Positions 17,180-26,181 are shown, counted from the first letter of the stretch. The stretch is DNA of 30,985 bases from Bacillota bacterium (GCA_023392395.1 JAEVZE010000118.1:1-30985); one strand, 5' to 3'. The notes: generated by a model not told the origin, from the letters alone. Program-made: numbers and translations.

Positions 17180-18240
17180 GAAAGATCAAATCATTGTCCA
17201 AACGCTATATGGGCCTTGTGTATGTGCTGGTGGTGGCGTTCATCTTCGTGGCATGGGCGCTGCACACCGGGCAGGTGCCCGCCATCATGAAACAGCTGGG
17301 CGCTCTGGATTCCAAGTGGCTCTGGCTGAGCGCAGGGCTGCTGGCCGGGTACATCCTGACACGGGCGCTGACGCTGTATACCTACCTGAAAAGCGAAGGT
17401 ACTCCCCTTTCCTATGGAAAGTCGCTGGCAGTCACCGGCATCGGTCAATTCTACTCGGCCATCACGCCCTCTTCCAGTGGCGGACAGCCGCTGGAAGTCA
17501 TCTCCATGGCGCGCTGGAATGTGCCCGGCCCAGTGGCGACGGCGGCGGTATCGGTGCAGTTCATCTGCTTCCAGCTGTCTCTGGTGCTGCTGGGCGCAGG
17601 GCTCTGGATCTATACGCGGGATCATGTGGCGCTGTACCTGGGCGGACTGACGTGGTTCGTGGCGCTGGGCTTCATCCTGAACTCGGGGATGCCGCTGCTC
17701 GTGGTGCTGCTGGGCGTCAGCCGCCCCGTCATGAACGCGATCACCCGCGCGGCGGTGTGGCTTTTGACGCATCTCAGGATCGTGAAGAACCGGGAAGCCG
17801 CGCAGCAGAAGATCGATCACATGATCGGCGAATACCAGACCTCCGTCACGGCGCTGTTCAAAAAGCCGGTGATGGCCGCCAAGATGATGCTGCTATCCAT
17901 CGTACAGATCGCGATGCTGATGGCGATGATCTCCGGCGTGTACCGGGCCTTCTGGCTTGCGGGCGTGCCGGATGTGACCCTTCTGACGCTGCAGACGCTT
18001 TTGTACATCTCCGCCTCGTTTATGCCGCTGCCCGGCGCCAGCGGTGCACAGGAGTACGGCTTTTCGCTGTTTTTCGGCGGCATTTTCCCGGGATCGATGA
18101 TGATCAGCGCGATCCTGGTGTGGCGGTTCATCACGTACTATCTGCTGATGCTGATCGGATTTGTCGCGGTGGTGGCCGAGGGTGGCATGCGATTCGTCGA
18201 GGGGGAACAAAAGGAGAGGAAGTCCGATGGAACGCCTTGA
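17176..18240 (+). CDS. Lysylphosphatidylglycerol synthase TM / flippase-like (YbhN) membrane protein
   Basis: GTG overlapping the upstream TGA, RBS GGAGG; GQFYSAITPSSSGGQP, PLPGASGAQE, WRFITYY. Confidence 0.88.
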   Translation: MRKIKSLSKRYMGLVYVLVVAFIFVAWALHTGQVPAIMKQLGALDSKWLWLSAGLLAGYILTRALTLYTYLKSEGTPLSYGKSLAVTGIGQFYSAITPSSSGGQPLEVISMARWNVPGPVATAAVSVQFICFQLSLVLLGAGLWIYTRDHVALYLGGLTWFVALGFILNSGMPLLVVLLGVSRPVMNAITRAAVWLLTHLRIVKNREAAQQKIDHMIGEYQTSVTALFKKPVMAAKMMLLSIVQIAMLMAMISGVYRAFWLAGVPDVTLLTLQTLLYISASFMPLPGASGAQEYGFSLFFGGIFPGSMMISAILVWRFITYYLLMLIGFVAVVAEGGMRFVEGEQKERKSDGTP

Positions 18241-19003
18241 CAGCGTCAAAAATCCGCTGATCCAGCGCCTGCGCACGCTGAAGAATCTCGAGGGCCGCGA
18301 GGCCGAGTGCCTGTTTCTGGTGGAGGGTGAAAAACTGATGCGGGAGGCCGCGGCGCTGCTCACGCCCGACGTCGCGCTGTTTGAGGAAGGGCTGGACTTT
18401 GGCGACCTGCCGGTACTGCTTCACGCTCTGGACGCGCGGGTACTGACCGTACCCCGCCGAATTTTGGAGGCGGTGTGCGACACCAAGACGCCTCAGGGCG
18501 CGTGCGCGGCGTTTTCGTTGCCCAACCCGCTGGATCTAATGCACCCGCCGAAGCGGATCGTGGCGCTGGACGGCGTACAGGACCCGGGCAATCTGGGCAC
18601 CATCTGGCGCACCGCCGACGCCGCCGGGTTTCAGGCGCTGGTGGCAGGCCCCGGCTGCGCGGACACACTGTCCCCCAAGGTACAGCGCGCGGCGATGGGC
18701 TCGGGCTTCCGCGTGCCCTTTGCCAGGGTGAACGATCTGGCCGCTTGGCTGAAGGACCTGACAAAAAATGGTTATGCCGTCGTGGCGACGTCTCTGGAAG
18801 GCGCGCCGTTCTACGAGCGCGCGCCGCTTCCCGACAAATTTGTGCTGATCATCGGCAGCGAGGCCCATGGCATCAGCCCGGCGGTCTCCAATAGCGCGAC
18901 GGTGGCGCTGAAGCTGCCGATGCGGGGCGGCGCGCAGTCGCTCAACGCCTCGGTCGCCGCGGGCATCATGATGTACGAGCTGTGCCGGACTTTGCCTGAG
19001 TAA
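18227..19003 (+). CDS. TrmH/SpoU family RNA methyltransferase
   Basis: FLVEG, QDPGNLGTIWRTA, IGSEAHG, SLNASVAAGI SPOUT motifs. Confidence 0.93.
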   Translation: MERLDSVKNPLIQRLRTLKNLEGREAECLFLVEGEKLMREAAALLTPDVALFEEGLDFGDLPVLLHALDARVLTVPRRILEAVCDTKTPQGACAAFSLPNPLDLMHPPKRIVALDGVQDPGNLGTIWRTADAAGFQALVAGPGCADTLSPKVQRAAMGSGFRVPFARVNDLAAWLKDLTKNGYAVVATSLEGAPFYERAPLPDKFVLIIGSEAHGISPAVSNSATVALKLPMRGGAQSLNASVAAGIMMYELCRTLPE

Positions 19004-19021
19004 CCTGGCGCTCCTGTCCAT

Positions 19022-19186
19022 CGTTCCCGGCGACCTGCGCGCCGGGAACGTGTTTCGGCTACCAGTGGAAACACTGGTAGCCGAAACAATTCCCTCCGTC
19101 AATGCGTCATCCAGAAATTCGCGAGCATTTCGGGCGCACACAGTTCTTCCTTCGCGCCTAAAAAACGCACGGGGGATTTTAGGCGC
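19022..19186 (+). ncRNA. Four-hairpin structured element, copy B (strand tentative)
   Basis: Perfect 11-, 17- and 10-bp stems plus a bulged third stem; colinear with copy A. Confidence 0.65.
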
Positions 19187-19208
19187 ACGGATGTTAATCT
19201 ATGCTTTC

Positions 19209-19237
19209 TTGACACCCGGCGCGCCGTATACTACAAT
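19209..19237 (+). promoter_or_regulatory. Sigma-A promoter of the Ig-repeat protein operon
   Basis: TTGACA-17 bp-TACAAT. Confidence 0.75.
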
Positions 19238-19263
19238 GGATGCATCAGTACGGGAGGGGTATC

Positions 19264-20967
19264 ATGCGGCTTCGCGTCCGGGTTTTGCTGGCGGCGCTGG
19301 TGTTTTGCGTCGCCGTCGTCTGGCTGAACGCCCCGGCAATGGCCTCGGCGCTGGCTACGGCGTCGGCTACAGCTGTCGCTCCCACTGCGGCGCCAGAACC
19401 CGTCTTCCCGGATGCGCTATCGGTCGTAGCGTCCATCGAGCCCAACCTGATGGTCGCGCCCGAGCCTGCGCATGTGACGGTCACGCTGGCCAACACCGGC
19501 GATACGTCCATCGCAGACCTAAGGCTGCTGCGCCCCAGCGGAGCGCTGGTGGAGAGCGTCGGAACGCTGGAGCCGGGCGCGTCCCACGCCTTTGAGGAGA
19601 ACGTCACGCTGTCGCTGGACCAATTTCTGGCCGGCGGCGTGACCTATCTGGTCCGCTGCACCCTATACCCCGGAACGGCCGGAGAGGTCCCCGGCCACAT
19701 GACGGTCACCGCGAATCTTGAGCGCATCCCCGCCCAGCCCGCGGTGGAATTCAGCCGCTCGGTATCTTCGGAATACGTACAGGCGGGCGAACAGGTGGCG
19801 CTGACGTACCGGGTGGTCAACACCGGCAACGTGCCGCTGACGGACCTGGTGGTGAGTGATCCGCTGATCGGCGACGTGGGCGAACTGGCGGAGCTCTCAC
19901 CCGGCCTCAAACACACGTTCACGGTGCGGATCTCCATCGATGCGGACGCGGAGAGCCTACCGTCCCTGACCTGCTACAGCAAAGCCGATCCGGAGGAGCC
20001 CCTTACCCGGGATCTGGGCGCGACCCAGATCCACGTGACCGACCAGCGGCTGGAAGCGGTGCTCTCGGCAGACTCCGCCGCCGTCCGAAGCGGCGAATCG
20101 GTAACGCTCAAGTTGGTACTGAACAACGCGTCGGACATTGCGCTGGAAAAACTGCATGTTTACGACCAGACCGGCGCGGAGCTGGACAACCCGCCCTTCT
20201 CCCTGAAGCCGGGCGAACGGTACGAACTGACCCACCCGGTTCAGATGCGCGAGACCACCACGTTCCTTCTGACCGTGTCCGGCCGCACCGAGGGCGGCTC
20301 CACGATCTCGGCGCGCTCCAACGCCCTGACCGTCGCCGTGCAGGCGTCCGGGACCCGCGCGCGCATCACGCTGAACGCGCAGGTCAACCCCAACACGCCT
20401 GTGTCTGCCGGTACTGTGCGCTTCTCCCTGCGCCTGAACAACACCGGCGAGGACGCGCTGCGCTGCGTCAAGCTGTCGGAACAGTCCCGCGGGCCGGTCC
20501 GGACGCTGTGGGTGGTGCCGCCGGGCGAGACGGTGATCGAGCAGGACTACCCCATCGGCGGCAAGCCCTTCGTATTCCTGGCCGAGATGGCCGACGACAA
20601 GGGCGGGCGGCTGACGGTGCTCTCCAGCCCCGTCACGGTGGAGGCCGCCGCGCAGCCGGTCGCGATCAGCCCCACGCCAACGCCGGTGCCGGCGCTCGAG
20701 GGTACCTCCTTCCAGATGAACGCGGGACCCTCCACGTTTTTGATGATGATGATCGGCGTGGTCGCGGTTCTGGCGGTTCTGATCACCATCATCGCGATCT
20801 CCGGCGTGCGCCGCAGGCGCAAGATCGAAAAACAGCGGCGCATCCACATCAAGCGGATCAGGAAGTCGATGCGGGAGCCCAAGCCCGAAGTATCGCAGGA
20901 GACGCGCGCCATACCCGTGATCAAGCGCGGCATGCCCGACGGCGGACCGGAAGAAAAGCGAGGTTAG
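19264..20967 (+). CDS. Exported, membrane-anchored protein with four Ig-like (DUF11/CARDB-like) repeats
   Basis: Signal peptide; repeats VTLANTGD, YRVVNTGNVPLTD, LVLNNASD, LRLNNTGE; C-terminal TM then basic tail. Confidence 0.8.
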   Translation: MRLRVRVLLAALVFCVAVVWLNAPAMASALATASATAVAPTAAPEPVFPDALSVVASIEPNLMVAPEPAHVTVTLANTGDTSIADLRLLRPSGALVESVGTLEPGASHAFEENVTLSLDQFLAGGVTYLVRCTLYPGTAGEVPGHMTVTANLERIPAQPAVEFSRSVSSEYVQAGEQVALTYRVVNTGNVPLTDLVVSDPLIGDVGELAELSPGLKHTFTVRISIDADAESLPSLTCYSKADPEEPLTRDLGATQIHVTDQRLEAVLSADSAAVRSGESVTLKLVLNNASDIALEKLHVYDQTGAELDNPPFSLKPGERYELTHPVQMRETTTFLLTVSGRTEGGSTISARSNALTVAVQASGTRARITLNAQVNPNTPVSAGTVRFSLRLNNTGEDALRCVKLSEQSRGPVRTLWVVPPGETVIEQDYPIGGKPFVFLAEMADDKGGRLTVLSSPVTVEAAAQPVAISPTPTPVPALEGTSFQMNAGPSTFLMMMIGVVAVLAVLITIIAISGVRRRRKIEKQRRIHIKRIRKSMREPKPEVSQETRAIPVIKRGMPDGGPEEKRG

Positions 20968-20974
20968 CTAGGTT

Positions 20975-21685
20975 ATGTTCCAGGGCTTTCCCCAGAGCGG
21001 GATGGAGTTCTTCATGGCCATCCGGTTCAACAACAACCGGGAGTTCTTTCTCGAAAACCACGGCTGGTACGAGGAGAGCGTGCGCACCCCCGCCCGAGAG
21101 CTGGCGGCGGCGCTGGGCGAGACGGTACGGGATATCGACGACAGCCTCGAAACCAGGCCGGAAAAGGTGGTTTCCCGCATCAACCGGGACTTGCGCTTCT
21201 CCAATGACAAATCCCCCTACCGGGATTACATCTGGATCGCCTTCCGCAGGCCCGGCGCGGACCGGAGAACCACGATGGGCATGTACTTTGACATCTCCGA
21301 CACCGGCGCCAGCTATGGCATGGGCTTTTACGACGAGAACCGGCCGCTGATGAACGCATTGCGCCGCCGTATCCTGACCGAGCCGGACGCGGTGCTCGGG
21401 GCCGTGAACTCCGCGCTGGACGAATTCACGCTGCACTGTAACGCCTTCCGCCGGATGGCCATCCCGGAGCAGGTGCCCGACGCGCTCAAAACCTGGTACG
21501 CGCTCAAGGGGTTCTACGTGGAGCGGGAGATCAAGGACTTCGATTTGATCCGCTCCGCAGCCCTCGCGGACGAAGTCATCCGGGGGTTCAAGCACTTAAA
21601 ACCGCTATACCAGTACATCGCATCCCTGACACCCGAGGAAGAAATGACCGACCCGACGAAGTACGGGAGGGCTCCCGATGCGTGA
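20975..21685 (+). CDS. DUF2461 family protein
   Basis: FQGFP, NNNREFF, RINRDLRFSNDKSPY. Confidence 0.88.
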   Translation: MFQGFPQSGMEFFMAIRFNNNREFFLENHGWYEESVRTPARELAAALGETVRDIDDSLETRPEKVVSRINRDLRFSNDKSPYRDYIWIAFRRPGADRRTTMGMYFDISDTGASYGMGFYDENRPLMNALRRRILTEPDAVLGAVNSALDEFTLHCNAFRRMAIPEQVPDALKTWYALKGFYVEREIKDFDLIRSAALADEVIRGFKHLKPLYQYIASLTPEEEMTDPTKYGRAPDA

Positions 21686-23156
21686 TCATTGGCCCGCCCT
21701 GATCCAGGGCGGCGAAATCGCGGGTCCCGCAGGCGACGGCGGGACCGTCACCCCGGAGATGGCCGAGTGCCTGGGCTACGCCTTTGCGCTATGGCTGGCG
21801 GAGCAGAAGGGTACCAGCAGCGACAAGCTCGTCCTCTCAGTGGGCCGCGACCAGCGCCCCACCACAGGGGGGCCGCTCGCCCAGGCGCTGGTACGCGGCC
21901 TGACCGCCGCCGACTGCGACGTGTATGACGCGGGGCTTGCCACCACCGCCGCCATGTACCTGACGATCGTATCCGGCGAGACGCACGCGGACGGCGCCAT
22001 CATGGTGACGGCGGGTGCGCAACCCGAGGGCTGGAACGGCTTCAAGCTGATGACCCGGGACGGCGGTCTGCGGGCGGACGAGCAGCGCGCCATTCTAGAG
22101 CGCGCGCGCGGGATCAGCGTGCCCCAACGACTGGTCTCGAATCTGGACGCGCTCACGCCCTACCGGCAGCGCATGACGGACATGGTGCGCAGACGGCTGG
22201 ACGACGACGTGCAGTGCCCGCTGGTAGGCCTTTTCCTGGTGGTATTTGAAAGCGGCGCGGGCGCGTTCCTCGCGGATACTCTGGAGGAGCTGGGCGCGGA
22301 CGTAGTCCGGCTGAGCACGCCGGGCAACGCGTTCAACCCCGACGATCCCTCGGCCGTGGTGGTGCTCTCCCGCGCAGTGACGGAAAACGAGGCGGACTTA
22401 GGCATCGCGCTGGACGCGGACGGCACGCGCGCCGCCATTGTCGACCAGGACGGGCGTCCCCTGATGGGCAATCGCCTGATCGCGCTGATGGCAGCGATCC
22501 TCCTAGAAGAACACCCAGGCGCGACCTTCGTCACCGATTCGGTCACCTCCTCGGGGGTCGCCCGTTTCATCACCGAGTGGGGCGGCGTACACTACCGCTA
22601 CAAACGCGGCCACCGCAACGTGATCGTAGAAGCCAGACGCTTAAGCGATGAGGACATCGACTGCCCGCTGGCCATCGAAACCAGCGGCCACGCGGCGCTG
22701 CGGGAAAACTTCTTCCTGGACGACGGCGCGTACCTGGCGGCGGTGGTGCTGTGCAAGGCGCTGACGCTGAAGCGGGACGGGGGGACGATCTCAAGGCTGA
22801 TCCAGGAGCTCGCGGAGCCCGTGGAGAGCCAGGAGATCCGCATGCGCATCTTGGCGAGCGATTACCGCGCCGCTGCGCAGTCCGCCATTGAAACGGTACT
22901 GTCCCACACGCTGGACGACCCGGAGTGGCGTCTGGCCAGCGACAACCGGGAGGGCGTGCGCATCAACTTTGATCTGGATGGCGGCATGGACAACGCCTGG
23001 CTGCTTTTGCGCCTTTCCGTCAACGACAAAGTGATGCCGCTCAATGTGGAGAGCGACGTGCCCGGTGGCGCAAAGCGCATCCTTCAGGAACTCTACGAGC
23101 TTCTCAAGGACGACGATGAACTGGACTTGGGGCCCCTCCGAGCGGCGCTTTTGTGA
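21678..23156 (+). CDS. Phosphomannomutase/phosphoglucomutase homolog with degenerate active site
   Basis: VGRD, NGFK, IETSGH, DDGAYL, EGVR, LRLS retained; TASHN replaced by TAGAQ, DxDxDR replaced by DADGTR. Confidence 0.85.
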   Translation: MRDHWPALIQGGEIAGPAGDGGTVTPEMAECLGYAFALWLAEQKGTSSDKLVLSVGRDQRPTTGGPLAQALVRGLTAADCDVYDAGLATTAAMYLTIVSGETHADGAIMVTAGAQPEGWNGFKLMTRDGGLRADEQRAILERARGISVPQRLVSNLDALTPYRQRMTDMVRRRLDDDVQCPLVGLFLVVFESGAGAFLADTLEELGADVVRLSTPGNAFNPDDPSAVVVLSRAVTENEADLGIALDADGTRAAIVDQDGRPLMGNRLIALMAAILLEEHPGATFVTDSVTSSGVARFITEWGGVHYRYKRGHRNVIVEARRLSDEDIDCPLAIETSGHAALRENFFLDDGAYLAAVVLCKALTLKRDGGTISRLIQELAEPVESQEIRMRILASDYRAAAQSAIETVLSHTLDDPEWRLASDNREGVRINFDLDGGMDNAWLLLRLSVNDKVMPLNVESDVPGGAKRILQELYELLKDDDELDLGPLRAALL

Positions 23157-23209
23157 GCCCACCCGGCATGATAGATTTCCCGGATTCCAAATTAAAGGAG
23201 CGAACCCCC

Positions 23210-25186
23210 ATGAGCAAGATCGATCACCTGGCAGTCAACGCAATCCGCATCCTGTCCGCCGAAGGCGTGCAAAAGGCCAACTCCGGCCACCCCGGCATGC
23301 CGATGGGCGCGGCCCCCATGGCCTACGCGCTGTGGGCCAAACAGATGAAGCACAATCCGGCGAACCCCAAATGGCCCGACCGCGACCGGTTCGTGCTGTC
23401 CAGCGGCCACGGCTCGATGCTTCTGTATTCGCTTTTGCACCTGTTCCACTACGGCCTTCCCATCGAGGAGCTCAAGAACTTCCGTCAGTTCGGTTCCAAG
23501 ACGCCGGGCCACCCGGAGTGCACCCACACCGTGGGCGTGGAAACCACCACGGGCCCGCTGGGCCAAGGCATCGCCAACGCCGTGGGCATGGCCGTCGCAG
23601 AGGCGTTCCTGGCTTCGAAGTTCAACCGCGAGGGCTTCCCGGTGGTCGACCACTACACCTACACCATTCTGGGCGACGGCTGCATGATGGAAGGCGTGTC
23701 CCACGAGTGCTGCTCGCTGGCCGGAACGCTGAAGCTGAACAAGCTGATCGCGCTGTACGACGACAACGAAATCTGCATCGAGGGATGCACCGACCAGGTG
23801 TTTAAGGAGGACGTACCTGCCCGCTTCCGCGCCTATGGCTGGAACGTGATCGACGTCCATGACGCCAACTGCTACGTGCCGGTCGAGGCGGCGCTGAAGG
23901 TCGCCAAGGGCAGCGACAAGCCCACGCTGATCGTCTGCCACACCGCCATCGGCTACGGCTCGCCCCGCGCGGGCCAGAACTCCGCCCACGGTGAACCGCT
24001 GGGCGTGGAGGGCCTTGCCGCCGCCAAGAAGGCGCTGGGCTGGCCCTGCGAAGAGCCCTTCGCCGTGCCGGAAGAAGTGTACGCTCTGACCAATGAAGTC
24101 AAGGCCGCGGGCGAAAAGTCCGAGCAGGCCTGGCTGGACCTGTTCGCCCGCTACACCGAGGCCTATCCGGAGCTCGCCAAGGAGTGGGCCGTGTGGCATG
24201 ATGAAAAGCTCCCCTTCGACCCGATGACGGACGAGGCGCTTTGGGCGTTCTCCGGCAAGGCCGCGACCCGCAACTCCTGCGGCGAGGTGCTGAATCGGCT
24301 GGCCGCGCGCGTGCCCAACTTGATCGGCGGCAGCGCGGACCTGGCCCCTTCCAACAAGAGCTACATGAAGGGCAAGGGCGATTTCTCCGCGGAGGACCGC
24401 TCCGGTGCCAACCTGCACTTCGGCGTGCGCGAGATGGGCATGGCCGCCATCACCAACGGCCTGTACCTGCACGGCGGCCTAAGGCCCTACTGCGCCACCT
24501 TCTTCGTGTTCAGCGACTACATGAAGAACGCCATCCGCATGAGCGCCATCATGAAGCTGCCCGTCACCTACATCCTGTCCCACGACTCCATCGGCGTCGG
24601 CGAGGACGGCCCCACCCATCAGCCGGTGGAACAGCTGGCAGGCCTGCGCGCAATCCCGGACCTGACCGTGTTCCGCCCCGCCGACAGCCGCGAGACCGCC
24701 GCGGGCTGGGTGTGCGCCATGACCAACGATAAGCCCACCCTGCTGGTCACCACCCGCCAGGACCTGCCGCTCTACGAGGGCAGCGGTGCTCAGGCGCTCA
24801 AGGGCGGCTACGTGATCTCCGCTGGCAAGAAGGACGTGCCGGACGTGATCCTGATGGCCTCCGGCTCCGAAGTCGAGCCCTGCGTTTCGGCACAGAAGGT
24901 GTTGGCTGAAAAGGGCATCGATGCCCGCGTGGTTTCCATACCCGCCATGGACCTGTTCGACGCCCAGAGCGACGAATACAAGGAGAGCGTGCTGCCCAAG
25001 GCCGTGCGCGCCCGCGTGGCTATCGAAGCCGCCAGCCCCATGAGCTGGTACAAGTATGTGGGTCTGGACGGCGAGGTCATCGGCATGACCACCTTCGGCG
25101 CTTCCGCGCCCTACAAGGTGCTGTTCCCCCACTTCGGCCTGACCACCGAAAACGTCGTCGAAAAAGCCTTGAAGATTCTCAAGTAA
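23210..25186 (+). CDS. tkt: Transketolase
   Basis: ATG after AAAGGAG; SGHPG, DRDRFVLS, GPLGQG, GDGCMMEG, GSADL, HDSIGVGEDGPTHQP. Confidence 0.97.
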   Translation: MSKIDHLAVNAIRILSAEGVQKANSGHPGMPMGAAPMAYALWAKQMKHNPANPKWPDRDRFVLSSGHGSMLLYSLLHLFHYGLPIEELKNFRQFGSKTPGHPECTHTVGVETTTGPLGQGIANAVGMAVAEAFLASKFNREGFPVVDHYTYTILGDGCMMEGVSHECCSLAGTLKLNKLIALYDDNEICIEGCTDQVFKEDVPARFRAYGWNVIDVHDANCYVPVEAALKVAKGSDKPTLIVCHTAIGYGSPRAGQNSAHGEPLGVEGLAAAKKALGWPCEEPFAVPEEVYALTNEVKAAGEKSEQAWLDLFARYTEAYPELAKEWAVWHDEKLPFDPMTDEALWAFSGKAATRNSCGEVLNRLAARVPNLIGGSADLAPSNKSYMKGKGDFSAEDRSGANLHFGVREMGMAAITNGLYLHGGLRPYCATFFVFSDYMKNAIRMSAIMKLPVTYILSHDSIGVGEDGPTHQPVEQLAGLRAIPDLTVFRPADSRETAAGWVCAMTNDKPTLLVTTRQDLPLYEGSGAQALKGGYVISAGKKDVPDVILMASGSEVEPCVSAQKVLAEKGIDARVVSIPAMDLFDAQSDEYKESVLPKAVRARVAIEAASPMSWYKYVGLDGEVIGMTTFGASAPYKVLFPHFGLTTENVVEKALKILK

Positions 25187-25205
25187 ACCCACTCTCCAAT
25201 AAACT

Positions 25206-25245
25206 TGGGCTGCCGCGCTTTCTCAGCGAGGCAGCCCATTTTTTA
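25206..25245 (+). terminator. Rho-independent terminator of tkt
   Basis: TGGGCTGCC...GGCAGCCCA stem followed by TTTTTT. Confidence 0.85.
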
Positions 25246-25289
25246 TGTAGTTCTGGCACCAAACCGCAAACATCTCATCATCCCTGTGT

Positions 25290-25366
25290 GGGGTCAAGGG
25301 GAATCATTTCCCTTGCGGGATTCCAAAGGGCAGCGCCCTTTGGCGGGGTCCGGGGCAGCGCCCCGG
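25290..25366. repeat. Cluster of three REP-like short palindromes
   Basis: GGGGT-CAAGGGGAA/TTTCCCTTG; GGGATT-CCAAAGGGC agc GCCCTTTGG; GGGGT-CCGGGGC agc GCCCCGG. Confidence 0.65.
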
Positions 25367-25402
25367 CGTTCTCCCCTCGCCTTTCCCCCTCGCCTCTCTC
25401 CC

Positions 25403-26122
25403 CTACGCCGCCGCGATGGCGCGCATGGCCGCCCAGAAGGCCTCCATGGCCAGCACGCCGGGCAGCTCCTGAGGCGCTTCCCGGACGCCTGGCGTAACGG
25501 ACAGCCGGACATCCTCGCCGGGTTCTACCATCACCGTGAGCCAGTCCGCGTCGCCCGCTTTCTCCGCGATCTCCGCGAACGCGTCCAGGAAATCAGCCAC
25601 CGCCGTGCAGGTTTCTCCTTCCGTATCCGCGGCCGCCGCACCCCACCGCCTGGTGGTCGCGGCCGCGCCGCGAATCATCAGGGCGAACTGCGCGGCAGTC
25701 AGCTTCTGTTCCGTCGGGCCGTTTATCGCCGCCCTGAAGCCCGCCATCAGCGCGCGCGCCTCCAGCGCGTCGTCCGCGCGGAGCGTCACGGCGCTCTCGG
25801 CCATCAGGCTGCACTCCATCGAAACGCGCTTGGCTTCCGCCAATAGAGAGACCGTCCACGCCTCGTTGCCGCCCATCGCGGCGCGAAGCGTCATCGCCTC
25901 CCCGTCCTTCCAGGTTTCGCTCTCGATCGTCAGCGCCGTCATGCCGGCCAGTTCCTTGAGCCAGCGGTCAAACGGCTGGGCCACCTCGTCGCGCATCTCA
26001 AGCCCAAACCGGAGCGTCGCGCTTGACTGCGTTCCCCCTGGCGACGCCGCGGCGCTCACGGACGCCAGCGCGATCAAAAGCGCCAGCGCGGCGACAAGGC
26101 CTGTCCATCTCAAACGGCGCAT
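25403..26122 (-). CDS. Hypothetical exported Ala-rich protein
   Basis: Signal peptide MRRLRWTGLVAALALLIALASVSAAA; RBS GAAGGGGG; no recognised domain. Confidence 0.7.
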   Translation of the reverse strand: MRRLRWTGLVAALALLIALASVSAAASPGGTQSSATLRFGLEMRDEVAQPFDRWLKELAGMTALTIESETWKDGEAMTLRAAMGGNEAWTVSLLAEAKRVSMECSLMAESAVTLRADDALEARALMAGFRAAINGPTEQKLTAAQFALMIRGAAATTRRWGAAAADTEGETCTAVADFLDAFAEIAEKAGDADWLTVMVEPGEDVRLSVTPGVREAPQELPGVLAMEAFWAAMRAIAAA

Positions 26123-26127
26123 TCAAA

Positions 26128-26181
26128 ATGCCCCCTTCCCCGATCGTTCACGGATGTTTATGCGATCGGAGAAGAGGGCAT
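26128..26181 (-). promoter_or_regulatory. RBS-sequestering hairpin upstream of 25403-26122
   Basis: 19-bp stem, fully paired on the minus strand (2 G-U), containing the RBS in its 3' arm. Confidence 0.55.

Noticed and set aside
14377..19186. Two element copies as the ends of a composite transposon, CRISPR repeats or integron attC sites
   Set aside because: Copies are too diverged, 4.5 kb apart with ordinary genes between; no transposase, integrase, cas gene or spacer periodicity
23210..25186. Cys substitutions in transketolase (GHPEC, EICIEGC)
   Set aside because: Core ThDP-binding and catalytic His motifs look intact; moderate Cys enrichment is unremarkable in anaerobes
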